DNA of 45,488 nucleotides, taken from the NCBI GenBank assembly GCA_964404245.1, contig CAYOJN010000001.1, positions 1-45,488 on the forward strand. The letters are read 5' to 3'. The stretch's first letter is position 1. Every line of letters begins with the position of its first letter. The position numbers and the translations under genes are program-made. The DNA comes from an uncultured Sphingosinicella sp. Lineage in GTDB: Bacteria; Pseudomonadota; Alphaproteobacteria; Sphingomonadales; Sphingomonadaceae. The notes below the pieces were generated by a model that did no database searches, was not told where the DNA came from, and saw only the letters and a list, made by a program, of their open reading frames with translations. Positions 1 to 10,119 of this stretch are shown here, piece by piece.

Positions 1-2
1 TC

Positions 3-998
<996 letters not shown>

Positions 999-1158
999 GA
1001 AGGGGGCAGGTCTTCGGGAAGCGTGAAAGGACCTGTTCCGGCGAGACAGGCCCCCGCGCTCGTCGGCAGCTATCATTTCGCAATTTTGGACAAGGCGCGT
1101 TTATCTCGGGTTCACACGTTTTCCCCTAGCCGAACGGTGAGCTTTTCAGGGGTTGGAA

Positions 1159-2079
1159 ATGGAAGTGGCCTTATTTCACAAGTTGTTGGGCGCTGCACTT
1201 GTGGCCGTAGTCTCTGCTCACCCGGCCGTGGGCGAAACCGTTCGGCCGGATGAATCAGAAATCGTCGTTCAGGGGATCCGTGACCGCGACAGCGAGATCC
1301 AGCGCTTCGTCGGAGCGCTCACGGAGGCGCCGGTCCGGGGGCAGATTGCCCGCTTCGACTGGGCCGTCTGCCCTGCGGTCAGCGGCTTCGATCCAACCCA
1401 GAATGTGGCCATTGCCGACCGAATGCGAACGGTTGCCAGGGCAGCCGGAATCAAGCTGGCTGAGCCCGGCTGCAAGCCGAATGCCATCGTCATCGCGACT
1501 TCCGACAAAAAGGTGATGCTGGACTGGCTCCGGCGCGAAGCGCCCGCCTTCTTCAGGGACCCGCTCGGCCAGCGAATCCGGATCAGCGATCAGGACGGGC
1601 CAACGATCGCCTGGCAGGTCGAGGGAAGGCTCGATGCCGATGGACGGGCGGTAGGAGTGAACAATTCCGCCGGCGATTCGGGCACCGCCAGTCATTACAG
1701 CCTTGATGTCACCAGGGCACCATCCCGGATCACCGCTGCCACCCGGCCGCACTTCCTCGCCTCGCTTCTGATCATCGAGCTGGGCTCACTCGCCGGGCTG
1801 ACCACTACCCAGGTGGCGGACTATGCCGCCATGCGGGTGTTCGCCCGGACCGAGCCCGATCGGCTTTCGAGGACATCGGCGCCGACCATCCTCAACATCC
1901 TGGGCAGCGATATGGGCGACGAGGTTCCAATGTCGCTCACTCGATGGGATCTGGGTTTCCTTCGAGCGCTTTATGGAAGTGCTGAAAATCATTATGCGGC
2001 CCAGCAGCGCGGGGAAATCCAGCGGCGGCTCGAACGGGAGCTCGATGAGGCGCGTCGCGGCGAGACAAGGGGCGAGTAG
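1159..2079 (+). CDS. Exported hypothetical protein (sphingomonad-type)
   Basis: N-terminal signal peptide, then EIVVQG; also VCPAVSG and ADYAAMR segments. Long clean ORF. ATG at 1159 preferred over TTG at 1153. Confidence 0.75.
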   Translation: MEVALFHKLLGAALVAVVSAHPAVGETVRPDESEIVVQGIRDRDSEIQRFVGALTEAPVRGQIARFDWAVCPAVSGFDPTQNVAIADRMRTVARAAGIKLAEPGCKPNAIVIATSDKKVMLDWLRREAPAFFRDPLGQRIRISDQDGPTIAWQVEGRLDADGRAVGVNNSAGDSGTASHYSLDVTRAPSRITAATRPHFLASLLIIELGSLAGLTTTQVADYAAMRVFARTEPDRLSRTSAPTILNILGSDMGDEVPMSLTRWDLGFLRALYGSAENHYAAQQRGEIQRRLERELDEARRGETRGE

Positions 2080-2147
2080 GCACGGCTCGGCCTTGCCGGG
2101 GACAACAAGCAGGCGCGATAAGGGCCTATGTCCGAAGGAGTCGACTC

Positions 2148-2654
2148 ATGCCTGATCTCCGTTTTGCCCTGTACCCGATCCTCTTCGTTCTTGCGACCTG
2201 CGGGGCGACCGAAGGGCCTCCTGCAGCTCCTCCGATGGAGAGCGGGACTTCGCAACCTGCGAATGCTTCTGAAGCAGGAGTCACCAGCGAAGCCGAGGCA
2301 CCGGTCGCCGGGAGCGTGCAGGGCAGTTCCGCGACGGCTTCTGAAGACAGCAGGAGCCCGTGGTCCCAGAGCGGCTATCGGATCATCGGCACCGAGCCTT
2401 TCTGGGGAGGAACGGTGACGCCGGACGAAATCATCTACTCGACCCCCGAAAATCAGCAAGGCGAAACCATCGCCGTCACCTTGGCCTATGGACCCGATCG
2501 GGAGGTCTATTCGGGCCAGCTTGGAGGAAGGCCGTTCGTTCTTACGCTGACGGATGGGCCCTGTTCGGACGGAATGTCGGACAATGTCCACCGATTCACG
2601 GCGACTCTGGAAGTTGATGACGAGACCCGCCGAGGCTGCGCCAATCCCAGCTGA
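2148..2654 (+). CDS. COG3650-family exported/lipoprotein
   Basis: AAGGAG RBS, signal peptide ending in LATC, Ala/Pro/Ser-rich linker, then GTEPFWG...CSDGMSD...GCA, typical of COG3650. Confidence 0.85.
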   Translation: MPDLRFALYPILFVLATCGATEGPPAAPPMESGTSQPANASEAGVTSEAEAPVAGSVQGSSATASEDSRSPWSQSGYRIIGTEPFWGGTVTPDEIIYSTPENQQGETIAVTLAYGPDREVYSGQLGGRPFVLTLTDGPCSDGMSDNVHRFTATLEVDDETRRGCANPS

Positions 2655-2731
2655 CTCCGGTCCAGGGGACCAGGCCGTCTACCTGGAGAGTGAACGGCAG
2701 GCGAGGAGTGACCCGCAATGGAGCTGTGCCG

Positions 2732-3559
2732 ATGAGATCGACTTCCTTCCTGACGCTCGCCTTGTTGCTTGTCGCCTGCGGGACAAAGGCAACCAACGAA
2801 ATCACGCCCGATAGCGGCAAAGGCGCGGCGGCGGCGCCTTCCGATCGGGAGACCGTATCGGACAACGTCATTCCCGAGCGTTTTCATGGCCGCTTCGACC
2901 GCAATTCCGAGGCCTGCGTACGGCCGGGTGAATATCGCCTCGTCGTCACTGCCGGCGAACTGCGCTTTCACGAGAGCGTCGCAACTGTTCGGGAGGTGCG
3001 AAACACCGGGGACGACGCGATCGTGGTCACGGCCGACTTTCGTGGCGAGGGCGACAGCTGGCGCGAGCGACGAACGCTTCGGCTCGCCGGGAATGAAGGG
3101 CTGACGGTCGAGAGCGAGGATGGCGCCCAGGCCACTCGGATAAGGTGCGACAGCAACCCGCCATCGGCTTCACCGCCATCGAACTGGGAACTCGCTTCGG
3201 CCGGGGAGGGCAATTCGCTTATGTTCAGCGCCGCTGGAGAGCGCAGGTTGACACTTTCCTGCCCAGCCGGATCCGCGGACCTGCTGGTCAACGTACCGTC
3301 CTTCACGCCGATCGCCAGCGAGGATCGAATGAGCCTGGGCTCCGGCGGGACGGTCGTTGCGTTGGTCGCCGACCCTCAGGGCGATCGGACCAGGGGCGGA
3401 GTGACTGGACGAGGCCCGATTCCCGCCGAACTTCCGGACATAGTCGGCGGCGCCGGTGGGATCGGAGTCAATTATGGCTTCCAGAATTCCGGTCCCCACG
3501 AGTCTCCACCCCCGGACCTGGCGTCCGCCTTCCTCGCCGGTTGCAGAAACGGGCGCTAG
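2732..3559 (+). CDS. Hypothetical lipoprotein, probably two domains
   Basis: Lipobox LLLVAC after MRSTSFLTLALL. The N-domain contains IPERFHGRF...C...LRFHES...RC; a Pro/Ser linker leads to a second Cys-bracketed domain. Confidence 0.75.
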   Translation: MRSTSFLTLALLLVACGTKATNEITPDSGKGAAAAPSDRETVSDNVIPERFHGRFDRNSEACVRPGEYRLVVTAGELRFHESVATVREVRNTGDDAIVVTADFRGEGDSWRERRTLRLAGNEGLTVESEDGAQATRIRCDSNPPSASPPSNWELASAGEGNSLMFSAAGERRLTLSCPAGSADLLVNVPSFTPIASEDRMSLGSGGTVVALVADPQGDRTRGGVTGRGPIPAELPDIVGGAGGIGVNYGFQNSGPHESPPPDLASAFLAGCRNGR

Positions 3560-3586
3560 TCAGCGCAAATGTGAGGGCATTAAGGA

Positions 3587-3614
3587 AGGGGCACCCGCTT
3601 GCGCGGGCGCCCCT
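3587..3614 (-). terminator. Stem-loop between convergent genes, probable intrinsic terminator
   Basis: On the minus strand AGGGGCGCCCGC-GCAA-GCGGGTGCCCCT followed by TCCTT; GNRA tetraloop; just downstream of the 3638-3910 gene. Confidence 0.7.
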
Positions 3615-3637
3615 GTTCGTCGCGCAAGTGCAGTGGG

Positions 3638-3910
3638 TTACATCCCGCTTACGTTGCTATCGACTCCGGCATCGGCATCATCGATTTGCTCGGCCCGTGC
3701 CTCGCCGGCTTCCTCGACGGCTTCGGCCCGATTTTCGAGAGCCTCTTCTTCTGCCTCGGTGGTGGCATTGTCGGCCATCGCCTCGAGATTTTCCGCTTCT
3801 ATTTCAGCCGCCTCTTCGACATTCTCTGCGGCGCTGTCGTCGGCACCTCCGCTGCAGGCTGCGAGCGCAAAGGCCGCCGCGAAGGCGGTGATCTTGATCA
3901 TCGATTTCAT
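3638..3910 (-). CDS. Small acidic Ala/Glu-rich lipoprotein
   Basis: AGAGGGG RBS before ATG 3910, lipobox ALAAC, and an acidic helical body. Confidence 0.85.
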   Translation of the reverse strand: MKSMIKITAFAAAFALAACSGGADDSAAENVEEAAEIEAENLEAMADNATTEAEEEALENRAEAVEEAGEARAEQIDDADAGVDSNVSGM

Positions 3911-4108
3911 GTAAGTCCCCTCTTTTGACTGTACCGGAAAAGCGCATCGTCCAGCAGGACGAAACGCCCCGGAAGCGGCTTTGCCGCCGTCCGACCGGTT
4001 CAATAGCCTAGCCGGCTTTCCGTTCCGCATCCAGACGGTCCGGATCAGCGCTTGTCCGCAGGAAGGCGAAGCAGCCCTGCGCCCGGTCGCCGGTTGCCTG
4101 CTGAAGGG

Positions 4109-4582
4109 TTACCGCAGACAGGCAATGGCCGCAGCGTCGATCGCCGTCGCCGCACCGCGCAACCGATAATGGTAGCGAAGGCGGTCCCCATCGACGGCGC
4201 GCGTCTGAACGATCATGTCGATCCCGGTCCGCATCGCCGCAAGAATCTCGGCATCGGCCTCCTTGTTCGGTGCCCAGGCATCGCGGCCGCCACCTCTCAG
4301 CTGGAAACTGCGTCCGTCGATCCTGAGCAGAACCGCGGATCCGTCCCGCTTTGCACGATCCAGGCGAACATGGAGTTGACCGCGTATCGCGCGTTCCGGC
4401 CAGTGACCGACGGCAGCGAAAGCCTGGCCACTGCCCGAAGCTTCTGAAGGGCTTGCAACGGCATGACAGCCCTGGCCCGTTCGAAAGGCACCCCAGCTCC
4501 CGAAGACGCCCAGAGACTGTGGCTGAGCAGCAACAGCAACAGCGAAGACAAGGTAAGAAAAGGGAAAAAGAAAGCCGCCCAT
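4109..4582 (-). CDS. IalB-like (invasion-associated locus B family) exported protein
   Basis: Signal peptide, FGSWGAF, CHAVASP, AMRTG..M.V and the terminal Y.LRGAATAIDAA..C pattern. Confidence 0.7.
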   Translation of the reverse strand: MGGFLFPFSYLVFAVAVAAQPQSLGVFGSWGAFRTGQGCHAVASPSEASGSGQAFAAVGHWPERAIRGQLHVRLDRAKRDGSAVLLRIDGRSFQLRGGGRDAWAPNKEADAEILAAMRTGIDMIVQTRAVDGDRLRYHYRLRGAATAIDAAAIACLR

Positions 4583-4633
4583 GATCGACCGGAGTGTCGT
4601 CTAGGCGAGGCAAAGAGGCAACAGCAGATCGCG

Positions 4634-4648
4634 TTTAGCGACGGTTAA
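4634..4648 (-). promoter_or_regulatory. Putative CtrA-type box in a divergent intergenic region
   Basis: The minus strand reads TTAA-CCGTCGC-TAAA(C), one mismatch from TTAA-N7-TTAA(C). Confidence 0.4.
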
Positions 4649-4736
4649 TGAAACCTTTCTCATCTCCGAACGATGGGGCCACGTCCTACGGGACCCAGAA
4701 TCAGGGGGTCCATCGAATGAAGCAGGAGTTAGTTAC

Positions 4737-5315
4737 ATGCGTAAATTGATCATGGTCGTCTTGTTGGCGGGCGGAATGGCCGCGCCGGCGCTGGCCCAGA
4801 CCGGTGACTTTTCGGGCCTGAGGGTCGAAGGCATTGTGGGCTATGAGCGGGCTGACGTCGAAGGCGAGAACTCTGACGGTATCGCCTATGGCGCGGGCGT
4901 CGGCTATGACTTTCAGACCGGTGGAATGGTGATCGGAGTCGAAGGCGAGGTCTCCGACAGCACCGTGGACGAGTGCATAGGCGGGGTCGCCCTGGCTGGC
5001 GATCAGCTCTGCGCCGAATTCGGCCGCGACCTTTATGTCGGTGGACGAGTAGGCGGAACGCTCAGCCCGAACACCCTCATCTACGCCAAGGCAGGCTATA
5101 CCAATGGTCGGGTTGCCCTGGATTATGAGGACGGCACCGCTGGAACCGCGCTCGACTATCGCCTGAGCGAGAACCTGGACGGCCTTCGGGTCGGCGGAGG
5201 ACTGGAGTTCGCGCTCGGTCCGAACAGCTTCGCCAAGGCCGAATATCGTTACTCGAACTACGAGCAGGATTTCGACAAGCACCAGGTCGTTGCGGGCTTT
5301 GGGTTCCGCTTCTGA
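4737..5315 (+). CDS. Outer-membrane beta-barrel protein (Omp25/RopB-like porin family)
   Basis: GGAG RBS, signal peptide APALA, alternating beta-strands (GAGVGYDF, GGGLEFA, KAEYRY) and a C-terminal aromatic GFGFRF. Confidence 0.9.
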   Translation: MRKLIMVVLLAGGMAAPALAQTGDFSGLRVEGIVGYERADVEGENSDGIAYGAGVGYDFQTGGMVIGVEGEVSDSTVDECIGGVALAGDQLCAEFGRDLYVGGRVGGTLSPNTLIYAKAGYTNGRVALDYEDGTAGTALDYRLSENLDGLRVGGGLEFALGPNSFAKAEYRYSNYEQDFDKHQVVAGFGFRF

Positions 5316-5336
5316 TCACCCCTGCAGGATCGAAGG

Positions 5337-5366
5337 AGGGTCGGAGCCTGTCTCCGACCCTTTTTT
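5337..5366 (+). terminator. Rho-independent terminator
   Basis: AGGGTCGGAG-CCTGT-CTCCGACCCT followed by a T run. Confidence 0.9.
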
Positions 5367-5445
5367 CGAGTCTCCGCCACTGGCCCCTAGCCGGGGCGGC
5401 CAAGCGGCTCTAATACTCGCTCAAAGTGCCAATTTGGGGGACCGC

Positions 5446-6555
5446 ATGAAGGCGACGATCGAACGGGCCACGCTCCTCAAGGGACTTGGCCACGTCCATA
5501 GCGTGGTCGAGCGAAGGAACACGATTCCGATATTGTCCAACGTGTTGATCGAAGCGACCGAGGACGGAATCCGCCTGATGGCGACCGATCTCGACCTTCA
5601 GATCAACGAAACGGTGGAAGCCAATGTCACCGATCCCGGCTCGACCACGGTTCCTGCTCACACCTTCTTCGAAATTGTCCGCAAGCTACCCGAAGGAAGT
5701 CAGGTCGAACTGATTGCTTCCGAAGGCCGGATGCAGGTCAATGCGGGCCGCGCCCGATTCACTTTGTCCACCCTTCCGCGCGATGATTTCCCGGTCATTG
5801 CCGAAGGCGAGCTGCCGACTCGCTTCGAACTTCCGGCCGGAACCCTTCGTCAGGTGATCGACAAGACGCGTTTCGCCATTTCGACGGAGGAAACGCGTTA
5901 TTATCTGAACGGCATCTATCTTCATGTTTCGGACGAGGCTCAGCCCGTCCTGAAGGCGGCCGCAACCGATGGCCACCGGCTCGCGCGAGTGACCGTGCCC
6001 CGGCCGGAAGGCGCCCAGGGGATGCCCGGGGTCATCATTCCCCGCAAATGCGTGGGTGAACTTCGCAAGCTCCTCGACGAGGTCGACGGAACGGTCCAGC
6101 TTTCACTTTCCGAATCAAAGATTCGTTTCGGTCTTGGCAATGCCGTCCTTACCTCGAAGCTGATCGATGGTACCTTCCCCGACTACAGCCGGGTGATACC
6201 GACCGCCAACGACAAGCTTCTGAGGATCGATCCGCGCGCTTTCGAGGAAGGCGTGGACCGGGTGTCGACGATCGCCAGTGAGCGCACCCGCGCCGTGAAG
6301 ATGGCGCTGGACCGGGATCGGATCACGCTCTCGGTGACTTCACCGGAAAATGGGACTGCGGCCGAAGAAGTGCCGGCCGATTACGCAATGGACGGGCTCG
6401 AGATCGGGTTCAACGCCCGCTATCTGCTCGACATATTGGGCCAGATCGAAGGCGATCTGGTGGAAGTCCATCTCGCCGATGCCGCCGCTCCCACTCTTCT
6501 CCGGGAAAATGACAAGGCACCAGCGCTTTACGTGCTTATGCCGATGCGGGTGTAG
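5446..6555 (+). CDS. dnaN: DNA polymerase III beta sliding clamp
   Basis: VVERRNTIPILSNV, ATDLD, EETRYYLNG, ATDGHRL, LIDGTFPDY, GFNARY and C-terminal VLMPMRV. True start ATG 5446. Confidence 0.99.
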   Translation: MKATIERATLLKGLGHVHSVVERRNTIPILSNVLIEATEDGIRLMATDLDLQINETVEANVTDPGSTTVPAHTFFEIVRKLPEGSQVELIASEGRMQVNAGRARFTLSTLPRDDFPVIAEGELPTRFELPAGTLRQVIDKTRFAISTEETRYYLNGIYLHVSDEAQPVLKAAATDGHRLARVTVPRPEGAQGMPGVIIPRKCVGELRKLLDEVDGTVQLSLSESKIRFGLGNAVLTSKLIDGTFPDYSRVIPTANDKLLRIDPRAFEEGVDRVSTIASERTRAVKMALDRDRITLSVTSPENGTAAEEVPADYAMDGLEIGFNARYLLDILGQIEGDLVEVHLADAAAPTLLRENDKAPALYVLMPMRV

Positions 6556-6601
6556 CACCGATCAGGGCAGGCTCTGGAAAGGGCGGTCTCGGCCCCCTAC
6601 A

Positions 6602-6630
6602 TTGACAGCAAGGGCTGGCGCTGATAGGCG
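6602..6630 (+). promoter_or_regulatory. Putative sigma70 promoter of rpoZ
   Basis: Perfect TTGACA, 17-nt spacer, then TAGGCG (alphaproteobacterial -10 lacking the last T). Confidence 0.55.
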
Positions 6631-6678
6631 CCCGGCCTTTCCCGAAAGCCGGATTTCTTACGAAAGTGGAGCTGCCGA

Positions 6679-7023
6679 ATGGCGCGCGTTACCGTCGAAG
6701 ATTGCGTCGACAAAGTCTCGAACCGTTTCGATCTTGTCCTGCTTGCTGCGCAGAGGGCACGTCAGATTTCCGGTGGCGCCGAACTCACCATCGATCGTGA
6801 CCGCGACAAGAATCCGGTCGTTGCCCTTCGCGAAATCGCAGAAGAGACGATGCGGCCGGCCGACCTTCAGGAATCCCTCGTGTCGAGCCTGCAGCGCGTT
6901 CAGGTCGACGATGACGACGTTGCCGACGAAGTGGGTTCGCTCACCGCTTCGGCAGAGGCGCTACGACTGACCGCCGCCGCGCCGGCCCGAAACACGAATA
7001 GCGGCGCTGACTACGAAGGCTGA
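6679..7023 (+). CDS. rpoZ: RNA polymerase omega subunit
   Basis: [37 protein letters not shown]. Confidence 0.99.
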   Translation: MARVTVEDCVDKVSNRFDLVLLAAQRARQISGGAELTIDRDRDKNPVVALREIAEETMRPADLQESLVSSLQRVQVDDDDVADEVGSLTASAEALRLTAAAPARNTNSGADYEG

Positions 7024-7032
7024 GCTCGTCTT

Positions 7033-7512
7033 TCAGGGTCGGTCTGTCGACCCTGATGGAAGCTCGGTGCGATCCAGCCATTCGAGTTCACTAAGACCGA
7101 GCGGTCGGCCGTCATCGGCCTGAACTGCCATCGGCGCCACTGGCCGTCGACTCTGCCGGTCGACCAGCACCGGATTGCTCGGGGTACCGGAGACCCATCG
7201 TTCACCCCATTGCCGGAGGGCAATCAGCGCCGGGAGCAGGTCCCTGCCCTTGTCGGTGAGCCGATAGGCAACCTTTCGGCGGTCGGAGGAATCGGGCTCG
7301 CGCTTCAGGATTCCGTTTTCCACCAGCCGGACCAGCCGGTTCGACAGGATGTTTCGGGCGATCCCGAGTGTCGACTGAAATTCCTCGAAATGCGCAAGGC
7401 CGTTGAAGGCGCCGCGCAGAATCAGAAAGGACCAGCGCTCCCCAACGGCCTCGAGAGCCGCGGGAAGAGCGCATTCTTCCAGAATGATCTTGCGATGCTC
7501 AGGGCGGATCAC
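7033..7512 (-). CDS. HxlR-family winged-helix transcriptional regulator
   Basis: C...ALEAVGERWSFLILR, FEEFQ..LGIARNILSNRL..LVENGIL, Y.LTDKG.DL and LRQWG. GTG start is approximate. Confidence 0.92.
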   Translation of the reverse strand: MIRPEHRKIILEECALPAALEAVGERWSFLILRGAFNGLAHFEEFQSTLGIARNILSNRLVRLVENGILKREPDSSDRRKVAYRLTDKGRDLLPALIALRQWGERWVSGTPSNPVLVDRQSRRPVAPMAVQADDGRPLGLSELEWLDRTELPSGSTDRP

Positions 7513-7557
7513 GTGCCTAACCTACGCGATTTTTTAGGAAAGTCATGATCTGTTTTC

Positions 7558-7605
7558 CAGTTGCAGTACGCAACTGACAATAGTAAAGGTTGCGACACGC
7601 TACCT
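7558..7605. promoter_or_regulatory. Two tandem palindromic operators GTTGC-N5-GC(A/T)AC
   Basis: CAGTTGC-AGTAC-GCAACTG (7558-7576, perfect) and AGGTTGC-GACAC-GCTACCT (7587-7605, one mismatch), lying between the divergent HxlR gene and the small secreted gene. Confidence 0.7.
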
Positions 7606-7624
7606 GAAACGAAAGTGCGTCCAG

Positions 7625-7915
7625 ATGATCCGTCTTTCCGTCCTTGCCCTTGCCCTCCTCGCATCGCCTGCAGCTGCCGCCGCGCCCGCTTATTCCGCCC
7701 AACCCGTGGCCGCCCCCGCCGAAGGTCGGCTGGTTGTTCGCGACCTGGTCTGGAGCTGCAATGATCGGGGCTGCACCGCCGGGCGTTCGCCGACCCGTCA
7801 TGCGCTCGTCTGTGCTGGCCTTGCCCGCGAACTTGGGGAGCTGCGCCGCTTCGCAGTGAAGGGCGAGGAGTTCAGCGCCGAACAGCTAGGCGACTGCAAC
7901 CGCCGAGCGCGCTGA
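7625..7915 (+). CDS. Small secreted Cys-containing protein (CC_3452-like)
   Basis: Signal peptide; four Cys in WSC...C...C..LARELG...F...G..F....L..CN. Family name is from memory. Confidence 0.75.
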   Translation: MIRLSVLALALLASPAAAAAPAYSAQPVAAPAEGRLVVRDLVWSCNDRGCTAGRSPTRHALVCAGLARELGELRRFAVKGEEFSAEQLGDCNRRAR

Positions 7916-7962
7916 ACCGATTTTGGGTTGCATACGGGCCTTCGCCGCCCCCATCTGGGGAA

Positions 7963-10053
7963 GTGCTCAGGCAGTATGAACTGGTCGAAAAGGTCAAGGG
8001 CTACGACCCGGACGCCGACGAGGCGCTGATCAACCGCGCCTATGTCTTCTCCATGAAGGCTCACGGATCGCAGACCCGGGCATCCGGCGATCCCTATTAC
8101 AGCCACCCGATCGAGGTGGCGGGAATACTGACCGATCTGCGTCTCGACGACGAGACTATCGTGACGGCCATTCTTCACGACACGATCGAGGACACGCTTG
8201 CAACGCCCGAGGAGATACGAAAGCTCTTCGGCCAGAATGTCGCTCGACTGGTCGATGGGGTGACAAAGCTCTCCAAGATCGAGGCACAAAGCGAAAGCCA
8301 GCGGGCAGCGGAGAATCTGCGCAAGTTCCTGCTCGCAATGTCCGACGACATAAGAGTCCTTCTGGTCAAGCTGGCGGACCGGCTCCACAACATGCGGACG
8401 CTGCATTTCATCAAGGATTCCAGCAAGAGACGCCGGATCGCGCGCGAAACGATGGACATCTATGCGCCGCTCGCGGAGCGGATCGGCATGTACGAGTTCA
8501 TGACGGAGATGCAGACACTGGCTTTCCGGGAGCTGGAGCCCGATGCCTTTGAGTCGATCCAGAAGCGCCTCGCCCAGCTTCACAAGAGCGGCGGCGGCGA
8601 TCTCATCCAGCGCATTGGCCGCGGCCTCAAGGCCCATCTCGAAGCCAATGGCATCGACGCCCAGGTCGAGGGGCGAGAGAAGCACCCTTATTCGATCTGG
8701 CGAAAGATGGCGGAACGCCACGTCAGTTTCGAACAGCTGTCCGACGTCATGGCCTTCCGCGCGATCGTGGGATCGGTCGAAGACTGCTATCGAACGCTAG
8801 GCCTCATTCACCAGCGCTGGCCGGTCGTTCCCGGTCGGTTCAAGGATTTCATCTCCACCCCCAAGCGAAACGGTTACCGTTCGCTCCACACCACCATCAT
8901 TCATGACGAACAGATGCGGATCGAGATCCAGATCCGGACCGAGGAGATGCATGCGGAGGCCGAACATGGCCTCGCCGCTCACTGGGCCTACAAGGAAGGC
9001 AAGATCGCCGCTCGAACCAAGCATCCCTGGATCAGCGATCTGGTCGAGATACTCGACCACGCCGCGACTGCCGAGGAGCTGCTCGAACATACCCGAATGG
9101 CGATGTACCAGGACCGGATCTTCGCCTTCACGCCCAAGGGTGAGCTGATCCAGCTCCCCAAGGGGGCAACTCCGGTCGATTTCGCTTATGCCGTCCATAC
9201 CGATCTTGGCGACCAGACAGTCGGAGCCAAGATCAATGGCCGGGTGATGCCGCTTCGGACCCCGCTCGACAATGGCGATCAGGTCGAGATCCTCGTTTCC
9301 GAGGCCCAGCATCCGCAGCCCGCCTGGCTCAGCTATGTCGTCACTGGCAAGGCGCGCGCGAAGATCCGGCGCTGGGTGAAATCGAAGGAGCGGGAGGAAA
9401 CCGTCGCTCTAGGCCGCAAGATCTTCAACGAGATTGTCGAGCGACTGCCAACCCCGCTCGGTTGGGAAGCGATGGCGGAGGCGCTTCGCCGTCTCAACCT
9501 TCACGACGATGATGCGATGATGGAGGCGATTGCGCTCAAGCGGATCGACGACGTTGCAGTGATGGAAGCCCTGATCCCCGGGTCGACGACTACTGCAGGT
9601 GTCAAGCCTCCACCCCAGCGCACCGCAATCTCGATCAAGGGACTGACCCCGGGGGTCGCCTTCCAGCTTGCCGAATGCTGCCATCCGATTCCGGGCGACC
9701 GGATCGTCGGCCTGAGGCGCGAGGGCGAAGGGATCGAAGTGCACATGATCGGCTGCGAATCCCTGGCGAGCGGAATCGATGCCGACTGGGTCGATCTGGC
9801 TTGGGGCGACGAAACCGACGGTGGCACCGCCCGCCTCGCAATCGTCATCAAGAATCAGCCGGGCTCGCTTGCAGCGATTGCCGGGATTCTGGGCAGTCAC
9901 GGAGCGAATATCGTCAGCATGGATCAGACTGCACGCGACGGCTCCTTCCACACCTTCCACCTCGATATCGAGGTCCATGACGTTCAGCATCTGATGCGAA
10001 TCCTCGCCGCGCTTCGGGCAACAGATGTGGTGTCCACGGCCGAACGGCTTTGA
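7963..10053 (+). CDS. spoT: Bifunctional (p)ppGpp synthetase/hydrolase RSH
   Basis: HD domain (AILHDTIED, KLADRLHNMRTL), synthetase (PKRNGYRSLHT, IEIQIRT), TGS (DFAYAVHTD), the CCHPIPGD motif and an ACT C-terminus. Confidence 0.98.
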   Translation: MLRQYELVEKVKGYDPDADEALINRAYVFSMKAHGSQTRASGDPYYSHPIEVAGILTDLRLDDETIVTAILHDTIEDTLATPEEIRKLFGQNVARLVDGVTKLSKIEAQSESQRAAENLRKFLLAMSDDIRVLLVKLADRLHNMRTLHFIKDSSKRRRIARETMDIYAPLAERIGMYEFMTEMQTLAFRELEPDAFESIQKRLAQLHKSGGGDLIQRIGRGLKAHLEANGIDAQVEGREKHPYSIWRKMAERHVSFEQLSDVMAFRAIVGSVEDCYRTLGLIHQRWPVVPGRFKDFISTPKRNGYRSLHTTIIHDEQMRIEIQIRTEEMHAEAEHGLAAHWAYKEGKIAARTKHPWISDLVEILDHAATAEELLEHTRMAMYQDRIFAFTPKGELIQLPKGATPVDFAYAVHTDLGDQTVGAKINGRVMPLRTPLDNGDQVEILVSEAQHPQPAWLSYVVTGKARAKIRRWVKSKEREETVALGRKIFNEIVERLPTPLGWEAMAEALRRLNLHDDDAMMEAIALKRIDDVAVMEALIPGSTTTAGVKPPPQRTAISIKGLTPGVAFQLAECCHPIPGDRIVGLRREGEGIEVHMIGCESLASGIDADWVDLAWGDETDGGTARLAIVIKNQPGSLAAIAGILGSHGANIVSMDQTARDGSFHTFHLDIEVHDVQHLMRILAALRATDVVSTAERL

Positions 10054-10119
10054 CCCGCCTGTTGTTCAGGCCCGAACGGGCGTTTCCCCGTCCCGTCCCG
10101 GCATGATAGGACCTGGCTC

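Noticed and set aside
3995-4030. GGAAC-N16-TATT on the minus strand upstream of the small lipoprotein, resembling an EcfG/SigT promoter
   Set aside because: The -10 element deviates from CGTT, so it is too weak to call without TSS data.
5446-6555. dnaN without dnaA/recF/gyrB, as a possible origin or plasmid/phage clamp
   Set aside because: Dispersal of this cluster is common in Alphaproteobacteria. I saw no DnaA-box array, and the neighbours are chromosomal housekeeping genes.
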